Assembly (NCBI GenBank): GCA_000432575.1
Contig: HF996781.1
Coordinates: 129-64,128 of the forward strand
Source: Clostridium sp. CAG:762
Lineage (GTDB): Bacteria; Bacillota_I; Bacilli_A; RF39; UBA660
DNA: 64,000 nucleotides
Reading direction: 5' to 3'
The translations under genes and the position numbers were made by a program. Within the stretch, counting starts at the first letter, position 1; every line of letters begins with the position of its first letter. The notes beneath the pieces are model-generated. The model had not been told where the DNA came from, searched no databases, and saw only the letters and a list, made by a program, of their open reading frames with translations. Of the stretch, positions 48,503 to 58,772 are shown in pieces.

Positions 48503-49936
48503 ATGAAACTATCAGATTATGAAAATGTTGAATCTACTTATATAGATTTTAAAGAGAGTCTAGAAACGGATAAACCAAAGAGTTGGTTAAAAACAGTATC
48601 TGCTTTTGCAAATACAAAAGGAGGAATCTTGTTATATGGTGTAAGAGATACAGATAAAAAACCGATAGGTTTAGATAATATATCTGAAGTATCATCAAAA
48701 ATTACAGAGTTAGTCAATTCCAAAATATCTCCTGTTCCTAGATATGAATTAAATTCTTTTAAGGAAGATGAGAAAGATTTTTTAGAAGTCAAAGTTGGAG
48801 ATGGCCCTGAAACACCATATTATTATAGCAGTGATGGAAGAAAAACTGCTTATATTAGAGCTGGAGATCAAAGTATAGAAGCACCTGATCATATATTGAA
48901 AAGTTTAATTTTAAAAGGCCAAAATAGAACATTTGATGCAATTGCTTCTGAGTATAAAATAGATGATGTTAGTTTTACATTGCTGGATGCAACTTTAAAA
49001 AAAGAAGCAAATGTTATAGTTAATAAAGATCGTGATTATCTTTCATTTAATTTGGTTAATAAAGATGGTTATGTTACTAATGCTGGGCTTTTGCTATCTG
49101 ACCAAGGATTGTTAAAGCAATCAAAAGCTTTTTGTACAAAATGGAAGGGAACTGTAAAAGGATCTGTTGAGGGGGATGCTGAAGACGATAAAGAATACAA
49201 TGGAAGCATAATAAGTATTCTTGCTAATGCAGAAACATTTATAAAAAATAATTCAAAAACATCATGGCAAATAAATGGTATGCATAGAGATGAATTTGAG
49301 GACTATCCTACAAAAGCTGTTCGTGAAGCTTTAGTTAATGCAATAATACATAGGGATTATCAAATCTTGGGTTCTGAAATACACATCGATATGTTTGATG
49401 ATAGACTTGAAATTACATCACCAGGAGGAATGGTTGATGGCAGTCAAATACAAGATTTAGATTTAACTAAAATTCCGTCATTAAGAAGAAATACAATTAT
49501 TTCAGATCTATTTGGTAGATTACATTATATGGATAGAAGAGGAAGTGGAATAACAAGAATTTTGGAATCTTATTCAGATTGTTCAATGAAACCAAAGTTT
49601 ACATCTGGAGTATCAAGCTTTACTGTTATCTTTCCAAATAAAAGATATGTAAAAGAGAACAAAGTTACAGAACGAGAGAGAATAATTATTACTAATGATT
49701 CGGATTATTTTATTGTAAAAATGTATAAGAATCTTTCAGGAAAAGTTAGAGGAAATTATTTGGCAAATTTGGAAAACTTATTTAATGAATATGGATATGA
49801 TACTCCTTTCAATAGGGAAAAAGTTGAAAATGCATTTGGAGTAAAAAAATCAAGAGCTTTAGATATAATCAATCAATTAATTAATTGTGATATTTTAGAG
49901 TATGCAGAAGATACAAAATATAGATTTAAAAGATAA
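48503..49936 (+). CDS. AlbA_2 (Schlafen-like) DNA-binding domain plus HATPase_c_4 (RecG-C-terminal-like) domain protein, C-terminal wHTH
   Basis: YIDFKESLE...AFANTKGGILLYGV (AlbA_2). REALVNAIIHRDY (HATPase_c_4). RBS GAGGAG before the internal ATG. Confidence 0.6.
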   Translation: MKLSDYENVESTYIDFKESLETDKPKSWLKTVSAFANTKGGILLYGVRDTDKKPIGLDNISEVSSKITELVNSKISPVPRYELNSFKEDEKDFLEVKVGDGPETPYYYSSDGRKTAYIRAGDQSIEAPDHILKSLILKGQNRTFDAIASEYKIDDVSFTLLDATLKKEANVIVNKDRDYLSFNLVNKDGYVTNAGLLLSDQGLLKQSKAFCTKWKGTVKGSVEGDAEDDKEYNGSIISILANAETFIKNNSKTSWQINGMHRDEFEDYPTKAVREALVNAIIHRDYQILGSEIHIDMFDDRLEITSPGGMVDGSQIQDLDLTKIPSLRRNTIISDLFGRLHYMDRRGSGITRILESYSDCSMKPKFTSGVSSFTVIFPNKRYVKENKVTERERIIITNDSDYFIVKMYKNLSGKVRGNYLANLENLFNEYGYDTPFNREKVENAFGVKKSRALDIINQLINCDILEYAEDTKYRFKR

Positions 49937-49947
49937 AAGGCTAGGAT

Positions 49948-51072
49948 TTATTCCTGGTCTTCATTCATTTCATCAATAAGTGATGTTATATCAGTTAATG
50001 CATTTTTATAAAGATGAGTATAAGTATTAAGCGTTTCTTCTATTTTTGTATGTCCCAAAAATTTGAAAACAGTAATAATATTAGCACCTTTATGTATTAA
50101 TAAAGAAGCACAAGAATGTCTAAAGTCATGGATCATTATTTTCTTAACACCAGCAAGTTCACAATTGCGATTTTTTCTACCTGTAATAGTATTGCTGATT
50201 TGTGGAGCGACATCACTAATTACAAAGTAAGTATCCTGAAAGCCAAATAACAATTCATAATCACTTTCGTTAAGTGTTTTTAGGTCAGTTAAGAGTACTT
50301 TTGTTAATGGCAATACTCTATTACTTCTAACTGTTTTTGGTGGTGAGAATGTCCATCTAGAGCGACATGATTACTGAGTTATTTGTTTATTTATGCTTAC
50401 AGTTCTATTTCCAAAATTAATGTCTTTCCAAGTTATACCTTTTAGTTCTCCAATTCTTAATCCGCAGTAGTGGAGTAGTTGCCATGCACATCTAAATTTA
50501 ATATCTTTTTCTACAGATAAGAATTTTTGAAATTTATCATAAGTGAAATATAGCATTTCTTTTGGAAGTTCATTTGGATTATTAAAATTATGCATTTTTT
50601 TATAAACATGTATAAAGCTGAAGCCATACCAATCAGTAGCATAGTTTAATAATGATTTAAGAAATTTTTAAATATCATTTTTGTATCTGGTAGATAAGTT
50701 GCAACTATTTATATATCGTCTCCATCTTTCGTATACTTTAATATTAAAATCTTTTAATCTAATATTTGAAATTATATCTAAATATGGTCGTTTATTTCTA
50801 TAACCATACATAGTAGTATCCTTAACTATAGTGGATCTGTTTTTAATAAACAAATTAATAAGTTGTCCAAATGTAAATGCACAAACACTTGCTTCATTCT
50901 GTGATTTTATTAATAACTCAGCTTCAGTTTCTTGAGCTTCTCTTTTTGTCATATATCTTTTAGAATGATATTGAGCTCCCGTTCCATCTAATTTTTTATA
51001 TTTTGTTCTAAAATACCAGTACTTTCCACTTTTAGCAGGAACTTTATCTTTATATACAGGCATTTTAATCAT
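49948..51072 (-). pseudogene. tyrosine recombinase (phage-type integrase) disrupted into three ORF fragments
   Basis: 50668..51072 carries the N-terminal arm/SAM-like domain. 50371..50595 carries box I (GLRIGEL). 49948..50313 carries box II (HDFRHSCASLL...LGH...Y). The fragments are in different frames. Confidence 0.7.
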
Positions 51073-51334
51073 CGTTTCTTTCTGTAGGAATATGACTAAA
51101 TTAATGAAAGATTTGTAAGAAACTACTATTTTATGTTATAATCTAAGTGGGAAAGCCAAAAAATATAATTATATCTATTATAGTGAATTTGTTTTAAAGT
51201 TTTTCAGACCGTAAAACATCATCTTGGAATATTCCTATATCTCGTACGCCAATACGAGATTTTTTTATTTGTAATTTCTTATTAATCTAATAATAGAATA
51301 AATAGCTTTATATTTTTTCTTATATTCAATTTCA

Positions 51335-51475
51335 TTATGCATTAGCAATATAATTAGATATTAATTCTGGAAGAACATAGCTTTCTAGATATTCATCATA
51401 GTTATCAACAAATGGTTTTAAAACCTTTATATATTCTTCATCAGTTATATCTTCATCTGTTTCTGTTCTTATCAT
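51335..51475 (-). CDS. hypothetical acidic micro-protein (46 aa), missing from the ORF track
   Basis: Strong RBS GGAGGTTATA-ATG. Sequence MIRTETDEDITDEEYIKVLKPFVDNYDEYLESYVLPELISNYIANA. Confidence 0.4.
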   Translation of the reverse strand: MIRTETDEDITDEEYIKVLKPFVDNYDEYLESYVLPELISNYIANA

Positions 51476-51649
51476 TATAACCTCCGTAATGCATTAATCG
51501 CTTAAATTTTGGAATTAGTCAACATATTCATACAAAAATTCAAATTTTGTAATAAAAATCTAGTCAAATATCTAAAAATTGATGTTTTTATGGTATAATT
51601 ATGAGTAGGAGAAAATAGCTTAAAACTTAGAAAAGGAGGTACATTGGTT

Positions 51650-52318
51650 ATGAAAAAGAGAAGCAAGATATTGATAGATTTAATAAATGATGAAATTGAT
51701 GTAAAAAAAGCATTTCAGCTGTTATCATTACTTCTAGAAGATTTGGATGATAAGGAAATTGAAAACTGGTTGAATTATGAGTTGAATGGATATCCTAAAA
51801 ATGTTGGTGTACCCAGATACAGAGTGATTAATGCATCAATAATAGGTACAGTTAAAACCTATACTATGATTATTAGCAAATATGATATTCCGGTGCCTTT
51901 TGAAGATAAAGAGAAATTATGTAAACATGAAGTAAGAGATAGTATTGCTGAAATATGCCAATATGCTAAAGCTGAAGAGGAATCTGATATGCATTGCTTG
52001 TTATCACCAATTGATATTGGATATATTAACTCTGTTGCCCTTATTAATGATGCAGAAGTTACACACGCCAATTTACAATTAAGTATGTATGGTTATACTA
52101 ATGTATTGCACTGGTTAAAGGACAAATTAATAGAAATTTTTAAAAAACTAGAAAAAAAATATGGTAATCTTGATGAGTACTATATAGACTTTAAAACTTG
52201 TAAAGATAAAAAAGACATAACAAAAGCATTATTACAAATTATATATAATGACAATTCCGTTAGGATTGGCAATAATAATAAAATAGATAAAAGCAAAGTG
52301 GGAAATAATAATGATTAA
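51650..52318 (+). CDS. AbiTii-like abortive-infection protein (tentative)
   Basis: The N-terminal ..IDVKKAFQLLSLLLEDLDDKEIENWLNYELNGY.. resembles the AbiTii domain. RBS AAAGGAGGT. Location in a defense island. Confidence 0.4.
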   Translation: MKKRSKILIDLINDEIDVKKAFQLLSLLLEDLDDKEIENWLNYELNGYPKNVGVPRYRVINASIIGTVKTYTMIISKYDIPVPFEDKEKLCKHEVRDSIAEICQYAKAEEESDMHCLLSPIDIGYINSVALINDAEVTHANLQLSMYGYTNVLHWLKDKLIEIFKKLEKKYGNLDEYYIDFKTCKDKKDITKALLQIIYNDNSVRIGNNNKIDKSKVGNNND

Positions 52319-52475
52319 AATAGGAAATAATAATAAAATTAATAAATCAATTATCGGTAGTGATAATAAGATAGAAAAAGAAAAAGATAAAAAGTATATA
52401 CTTACTAATATAATAATACCTATTATTGTTGGTTTGATAATTGCTGGAATAGTGTTTTTATTAAAGTGGAATTAA
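52311..52475 (+). CDS. 54-aa single-TM peptide overlapping the AbiTii-like stop (ATGATTAA)
   Basis: MIKIGNNNKINKS...IIIPIIVGLIIAGIVFLLKWN. Shares the IGNNNKI(D/N)KS motif with the C-terminus of the upstream ORF. Ends 13 nt before hsdM. Confidence 0.45.
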   Translation: MIKIGNNNKINKSIIGSDNKIEKEKDKKYILTNIIIPIIVGLIIAGIVFLLKWN

Positions 52476-52488
52476 TGGAGGTAATGAT

Positions 52489-54054
52489 ATGAATAATAAG
52501 GAAAGAGAAAGAGAAGAACTTCATAAAACAATTTGGAAAATTGCAAATGAGTTAAGAGGTTCAGTCGATGGATGGGATTTTAAACAATACGTTTTAGGAT
52601 TATTATTTTATAGATTTATATCAGAAAACATTGAAAATTATGTTAATGAAAATCAAAGAAAAGCAGGTATTACAGATTTTCAATATAGAAATATTTCTGA
52701 TGAGGAAGCATTACTTGGAAAATTACAAATACTTGATGAAAAAGGATTCTTTATTCTTCCAAGTGAATTATTCTGCAACATAAGAAAAGGTGCAGATAAA
52801 AATGAAAACTTAAATGTTGTTATTTCAAATGTATTTAATAACATAGAATCATCGGCAAGAGGAACAGCGTCAGAAGATGATGTTAAAGGTTTATTTGATG
52901 ATTTTACTATTGATAATAAATTAGGAAACACGGTTGATGAAAGAAATGAAAAACTTGTTAAATTATTAAATGCAGTTGGGGATTTAAACTTTGGCGATTA
53001 TGAAGATAATAACATTGACTTATTCGGAGATGCTTATGAGTTCTTGATGACAATGTATGCTTCATCAGCAGGCAAATCGGGTGGAGAATTCTTTACTCCT
53101 CAAGAAGTTGGAGAATTACTTGCAAGAATAGTAATAATGGATAAAACATCTGTTAATAAAGTATACGATCCAGCATGTGGATCAGGTGGATTACTTTTAA
53201 AATTTGCTAAGATACTTGGAAAAGAGAATGTAAGAGAAGGCTTCTTCGGTCAAGAGATAAATCTTACAACTTACAACTTAGCTAGAATTAATATGTTTTT
53301 ACATAACATTAATTACAATAACTTTAGTATTGAAAGAGGAGATACATTAATACATCCAGTACATTGGAATGATGAACCATTTGATGCAATAGTATCTAAT
53401 CCTCCTTATTCAATAAAATGGGCAGGTAAGTCTAATCCACTTTTAATAAATGATGAACGATTTGCTCCAGCAGGTGTGTTAGCACCTGAATCAAAAGCCG
53501 ATTTAGCATTTACTATGCATATGTTATCATGGTTATCACCTAAAGGAACTGCAGCTATAGTAGAATTTCCTGGTGTACTTTACAGAGGTGGAGCAGAACA
53601 AAAAATTAGAAAGTACATGATTGATAACAACTTTGTTGATACTGTCATTCAATTACCTTCAGATTTATTCTTTGGTACATCAATAGCAACTTGTATATTA
53701 GTATTAAAGAAAAATAAATCAGATAATAATATTTTATTTGTAGATGCTTCTAGTGAATGTGTTAGAAATACTAATAAAAACAAATTATCAGAAGAAAACA
53801 TCAATAATATAATTAGTTTATTAAAAGATAGAAAATCAGTAGAAAATAAATCTTATATAGCAACTTATGAAGAGATTAAAGATAATGATTATAATATTTC
53901 AGTTAATTCTTATTTAAGAACAAATATTGAAACTAAAAAAATTGATATAGAAAAGGTAAATAGAAAACTTGCTGAAATTGTACCTAAACAACAACAAATT
54001 AGAGAAGAACTAGAAGAAATAATCAAGGAACTTGAGGCTGATTATCATGAGTAA
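52489..54054 (+). CDS. hsdM: type I restriction-modification system DNA methyltransferase subunit HsdM
   Basis: AdoMet motif I DPACGSGGLL and catalytic motif IV VSNPPYS. RBS GGAGGT. Confidence 0.9.
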   Translation: MNNKEREREELHKTIWKIANELRGSVDGWDFKQYVLGLLFYRFISENIENYVNENQRKAGITDFQYRNISDEEALLGKLQILDEKGFFILPSELFCNIRKGADKNENLNVVISNVFNNIESSARGTASEDDVKGLFDDFTIDNKLGNTVDERNEKLVKLLNAVGDLNFGDYEDNNIDLFGDAYEFLMTMYASSAGKSGGEFFTPQEVGELLARIVIMDKTSVNKVYDPACGSGGLLLKFAKILGKENVREGFFGQEINLTTYNLARINMFLHNINYNNFSIERGDTLIHPVHWNDEPFDAIVSNPPYSIKWAGKSNPLLINDERFAPAGVLAPESKADLAFTMHMLSWLSPKGTAAIVEFPGVLYRGGAEQKIRKYMIDNNFVDTVIQLPSDLFFGTSIATCILVLKKNKSDNNILFVDASSECVRNTNKNKLSEENINNIISLLKDRKSVENKSYIATYEEIKDNDYNISVNSYLRTNIETKKIDIEKVNRKLAEIVPKQQQIREELEEIIKELEADYHE

Positions 54055-55183
54055 GATAAATGATCTAATAAAAGAATTGTGTCCTAATGGTGTTGAATGT
54101 AAACTGTTAAGAGATGTATCCGAGATGAAGAGAGGGCAATCAATTACTACAAAAAATCTTAACGAAGGAAATTTTCCGGTAATTGCAGGAGGACAAGAAC
54201 CATCTTTTTATAACGATAAATATAATAGGGAAGGCGAAACTATAACAGTATCTAGTTCGGGTGCTTATGCTGGATTTTTAAATTATTGGAACGAACCAAT
54301 CTTATGTACAGATTCTTTCACTATAAAATCCAAAAAACTAAATATGAGATATTTATATCATTATCTAAAAATGATACAAAATGAAATTTATAATAAAAAA
54401 AGGGGAGCCGGTATTCCACATGTTCATATATCGGATTTGGAAAAAATTAAGATTCCATGCCCTCCGTTAGAAGTGCAGGAAGAAATAGTTAGAATTCTTG
54501 ATAAATTTGGCGAGCTAGAAGCGGAGCTAGAAGCGGAGCTAGAAGCGAGAAAGATTCAATATGAGTTTTGGTGTGGGAAACTTTTGAATAGCGAGAATTC
54601 TAATCAACAATATATAACTTTAGGAGATATAGGTAAGGTTTGTATGTGTAAAAGAATTATGAAAAACGAAACATCAGATTCAGGAGATGTTCCATTTTAT
54701 AAAATCGGTACATTTGGTAAGCAAGCTGATGCATATATATCTTATGATATTTTCAATGATTATAAAAAAAGGTTTTCTTATCCTAAGAAAGGCGAAATAT
54801 TAGTTTCGTGCTCTGGAACAATAGGAAGATCTGTAGTATTTGATGGCGAAGATGCCTATTTTCAAGATTCAAATATTGTGTGGCTAAGTAATGATGAAAG
54901 CAAAGTATTAAATAAGTTTTTGTATTACTTTTATCAAACTTCACCATGGAATATATCTGATGGCGGAACTATTAAAAGATTATATAATAATCAGTTTATA
55001 TCAGCTAAAGTTCCATTATATTCTTTAGAAGAACAAAAGAAGATTGTTGATATATTAGAACGATTTGATACATTAATTAACGATATATCTGATGGTCTTC
55101 CTGCAGAAATAAAATTAAGAAGAAAGCAGTATGAATACTATCGAAATAAACTATTAAGCTTTGAGGTTTGTAACGATGAATAA
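54047..55183 (+). CDS. hsdS: type I RM specificity subunit HsdS (two target-recognition domains plus central conserved region)
   Basis: The start overlaps the hsdM stop (ATGAGTAA). Central LDKFGELEAELEAELEARK coiled coil and C-terminal conserved region. Confidence 0.85.
   Translation: MSKINDLIKELCPNGVECKLLRDVSEMKRGQSITTKNLNEGNFPVIAGGQEPSFYNDKYNREGETITVSSSGAYAGFLNYWNEPILCTDSFTIKSKKLNMRYLYHYLKMIQNEIYNKKRGAGIPHVHISDLEKIKIPCPPLEVQEEIVRILDKFGELEAELEAELEARKIQYEFWCGKLLNSENSNQQYITLGDIGKVCMCKRIMKNETSDSGDVPFYKIGTFGKQADAYISYDIFNDYKKRFSYPKKGEILVSCSGTIGRSVVFDGEDAYFQDSNIVWLSNDESKVLNKFLYYFYQTSPWNISDGGTIKRLYNNQFISAKVPLYSLEEQKKIVDILERFDTLINDISDGLPAEIKLRRKQYEYYRNKLLSFEVCNDE
54512..54547 (+). repeat. 3 x 12-nt perfect tandem repeat (GAGCTAGAAGCG) encoding ELEA x3 in the HsdS central conserved region
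   Basis: Read directly from the sequence. Confidence 0.85.
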
Positions 55184-55628
55184 AGATTTTAATTTAAGTA
55201 TAAAAAAATTAAATATATTAATCGAATATGTTAATAAATGTGAAATTGATGAAAATGAATTATATGAAAAAATGGTTGATACTTTCAGCTATATTGGAGC
55301 ATTTTATGATTATACAGATAAAAAAGCATTAACTAAAGAACAAAATGTATATTTAAAATGTTGCTCTGTTTTAAATAATGTATTTAAACATAAAAAAGAA
55401 TTGAATGGTTTAATAGAAGAATTAAAAATAATAAAATATGGAACTGATTTAAGTCACTGTCTATTAGATGCACCATTTGGAGATGTTGTATATTTTCAAA
55501 ATTCATTATATTTAGAAAATATGCGTGATTCAAATAATTATAATTATTATAAGAAAAACATTGAAAATCAAAGACTTGATATATTTTTATCAAAAGTAGA
55601 GAAAGTGTTGGGTGAATTAAATGACTAA
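55176..55628 (+). CDS. hypothetical 150-aa protein embedded between hsdS and hsdR (orfX)
   Basis: The ATG overlaps the hsdS stop and the stop overlaps the hsdR start (ATGACTAA), so the gene is translationally coupled in the operon. No recognisable motif. Predicted helical. Confidence 0.55.
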   Translation: MNKDFNLSIKKLNILIEYVNKCEIDENELYEKMVDTFSYIGAFYDYTDKKALTKEQNVYLKCCSVLNNVFKHKKELNGLIEELKIIKYGTDLSHCLLDAPFGDVVYFQNSLYLENMRDSNNYNYYKKNIENQRLDIFLSKVEKVLGELND

Positions 55629-58600
55629 TATAGGTTTAATAAGTGAAAATGATAACTCTACAGTACTTGCTGAATATAAAGGATTAAATAGAGTAACAAC
55701 TTCTTTTCAGAGTGAAGATGCTCTTGAAAAAGAATTAATAAAAACTTTAGTTGAACAGGGTTATGAAAGATTAAATATTAATTCTGTAGATGAATTAATT
55801 CTTAATTTAAGAAAACAACTTGAAAGACTTAATAATTATCATTTTACTGATGGAGAATGGGATGATTTCTTTACCAAAGTAATTGCTAATAAGAATGATT
55901 ATATAATTGAAAAGACAAAATTAATTCAAGAAGATTATAAACAAGAAATAACTCTTGATTCGGGAGAAAAGAAAAATATTTATTTAATAGATAAAAATAA
56001 TATTCATAATAATAGTCTTCAAGTGTTAAATCAATATGTTAATAATGATGGTAATTTTGATAATAGATATGATGTGACAATTTTAGTGAATGGTCTTCCT
56101 TTAGTTCACATTGAATTAAAGAAAAGAGGAGTAGATCTAAGAGAAGCTTTTAACCAAATAGAAAGATATCAAAGAGATTCATTTTGGGCAGGCTCAGGAT
56201 TATATAACTTTATTCAAATATTTGTTATTTCTAATGGTACATTAACTAAATATTATTCTAATACTACAAGAGAATTTCACATTAATAATCAAAGAAAAAA
56301 GAAATCTAACTCATTTGAATTTACTTCATATTGGGCAGATCAAAAGAATAATGGAATTACAGATTTAATTGACTTTGCTAAAACATTCTTTACTAAACAT
56401 ACGTTATTAAATGTATTAACTAAATATTGTGTATTTACTTCTGAAGAAGATTTACTTGTTATGAGACCATATCAAATAGTTGCAACTGAAAAGATATTAA
56501 ATAGAATAACTATTGCTTATAATAACAAGTTCTATGGAACTATTAAATCAGGAGGATATATTTGGCATACAACTGGTTCTGGAAAAACATTAACTTCATT
56601 TAAAACATCCCAACTTGCTAGTAAGTTAGATTTTATTGATAAAGTATTATTTGTTGTAGATAGAAAAGACTTAGACTATCAAACAATGAAAGAATATGAT
56701 AGATTTAAAGAGGGAGCAGCTAATTCTAATACATCAACAAAAGTATTAGAAGAACAATTGAAGGATCCAAATGCTAAGATAATAATAACTACTATTCAAA
56801 AGCTTTCTCAATTTATTAAGAAGAATGAACAAAGCGATGTATTTAATAAACATGTAGTATTTATATTTGATGAATGTCATAGATCACAATTTGGCGATAT
56901 GCATAAAACAATTATTAAGAAATTTAATAAATACTATTTATTTGGATTTACTGGAACTCCAATATTCCCAGAAAATGCTAGAACAATAAAAGGTATCTCT
57001 GAAACAACAGAGCAAATCTTTGGAGAAAGATTACATACTTATACAATAGTAAATGCTATTGCAGATAAGAATGTTTTACCATTCAGATATGAATATGTTG
57101 GCAGAGTAGATATATCTGATGATGTTAAAGATGAAAAAGTATATAACATTGATGAAGAAAAATTATTTGATAATCAAGTTAGAATTAATTTAATAACAGA
57201 TTATATTATTGAACATTTTAGCACAAAGACTAAAACTTCTGAAAGTTATGTGTATTCAACTTTAGATAATGTAGTTGATGTTGCTAAAAAACAAGATGCA
57301 GAAGAAGTTAAATCAAAGAAAAGTATAAATGGATTTAATTCTATATTTGCTGTATCAAGTATTAAAATGGCTAAAGAATATTATGCTGAATTTAAAAAAG
57401 AACTTGCATTAAAGAATAGTAATTTAAAAGTGGCATTAATGTATTCTTATGGTGTTAATGGCGAAGATGGAGTAATTGATGAAAATTCTGAATCAACAGA
57501 AGCTTTAAGTACAGATGATAGAACATTCTTAGATAATGCAATTAAAGATTATAATAATATGTTTGGAACAAGTTATGATACTTCATCAGAAAGATTCCAA
57601 AATTATTATAAAGATGTATCATTAAGAATGAAAAATAGAGAAATAGATATATTAATCGTTGCTAATATGTTCCTAACAGGATTTGATGCTAAAACTTTAA
57701 ATACATTATGGGTAGATAAGAACTTAAAATGGCATGGATTAATTCAAGCATTCTCAAGAACTAATAGAATCCTTAATAGTGTTAAGACATATGGAAATAT
57801 TGTGTCATTTAGAAATTTAGAAGATAGGCTAAATGAAGCGTTAGCTAAATTTGGTGATGAGGAAGCTCACGGAATAGTTTTATTAAAACCATATAATGAT
57901 TACTACTATGGATATGAAGATGATAATGGTAAAACATTTGAGGGATATAAATCATTAGTTGAAAAATTGACTTCTAAATTTGCACCAGGAGTATTAATGC
58001 AGAGCGAAGCAGAACAAAAAGAGTTTATTAAACTATATGGTGCAATATTAAAAGTAACAAATATCTTATCTTCATTCGATGAGTTCAAAGATAATGAATT
58101 AATTAATGAAAGAGATAAGCAAGATTATCATAGTATCTATATTGAACTTTATAATGAATTTAGAAATAAAGCTAAGCAAGAAAAAACGGATGTTACTGAA
58201 GATGTAGTATTCGAAATGGAATTAATTAAATCTATAGAAGTTAACATTGATTACATCTTAGGATTAGTTAAGAAATATCATGATAGCAACATGGAAGATA
58301 AAGAAATTCTTTTAACTATTCAAAAGACAATTATGGCAAGTCCAGATTTGAGAAATAAGAAAGATTTAATCATGGCATTTATTGAATCATTAGATCAAGA
58401 CTCAAATGTATATGCAGATTTTGAATCGTTTATGAATAGTAAAAAGAAAGAAGAATTAGATAAGATAATTGCAGAAGAGAATCTTAATAAAGAAGAAACA
58501 TACAACTTTATTCAAAGATCATTTGAACATGGAAGAGTAGAAACTAATGGTACAGAAGTATCAACAATACTTCCTCCAATGAGTATGTTTACTCCTAATA

Positions 58601-58689
58601 ATGATAGACAAGAAAAGAAGAATAAAGTTATAGATAAACTATTAGAATTCTTTGATAAATTCTTCAGTATGTCTAACAATAAATTCTAA
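55621..58689 (+). CDS. hsdR: type I RM restriction/helicase subunit HsdR
   Basis: N-terminal nuclease motif D..VNGLPLVHIELKK. SF2 helicase motif I HTTGSGKTLT and motif II FIFDECHRSQ. 1022 aa. Confidence 0.9.
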   Translation: MTNIGLISENDNSTVLAEYKGLNRVTTSFQSEDALEKELIKTLVEQGYERLNINSVDELILNLRKQLERLNNYHFTDGEWDDFFTKVIANKNDYIIEKTKLIQEDYKQEITLDSGEKKNIYLIDKNNIHNNSLQVLNQYVNNDGNFDNRYDVTILVNGLPLVHIELKKRGVDLREAFNQIERYQRDSFWAGSGLYNFIQIFVISNGTLTKYYSNTTREFHINNQRKKKSNSFEFTSYWADQKNNGITDLIDFAKTFFTKHTLLNVLTKYCVFTSEEDLLVMRPYQIVATEKILNRITIAYNNKFYGTIKSGGYIWHTTGSGKTLTSFKTSQLASKLDFIDKVLFVVDRKDLDYQTMKEYDRFKEGAANSNTSTKVLEEQLKDPNAKIIITTIQKLSQFIKKNEQSDVFNKHVVFIFDECHRSQFGDMHKTIIKKFNKYYLFGFTGTPIFPENARTIKGISETTEQIFGERLHTYTIVNAIADKNVLPFRYEYVGRVDISDDVKDEKVYNIDEEKLFDNQVRINLITDYIIEHFSTKTKTSESYVYSTLDNVVDVAKKQDAEEVKSKKSINGFNSIFAVSSIKMAKEYYAEFKKELALKNSNLKVALMYSYGVNGEDGVIDENSESTEALSTDDRTFLDNAIKDYNNMFGTSYDTSSERFQNYYKDVSLRMKNREIDILIVANMFLTGFDAKTLNTLWVDKNLKWHGLIQAFSRTNRILNSVKTYGNIVSFRNLEDRLNEALAKFGDEEAHGIVLLKPYNDYYYGYEDDNGKTFEGYKSLVEKLTSKFAPGVLMQSEAEQKEFIKLYGAILKVTNILSSFDEFKDNELINERDKQDYHSIYIELYNEFRNKAKQEKTDVTEDVVFEMELIKSIEVNIDYILGLVKKYHDSNMEDKEILLTIQKTIMASPDLRNKKDLIMAFIESLDQDSNVYADFESFMNSKKKEELDKIIAEENLNKEETYNFIQRSFEHGRVETNGTEVSTILPPMSMFTPNNDRQEKKNKVIDKLLEFFDKFFSMSNNKF

Positions 58690-58772
58690 TTTAGTGGTAT
58701 AATATAAATAAATAATAGAGTGTGTTTCATTTTTAAGATGGAATATGCTCTTTTTTAGTTAGGAGGAATATA

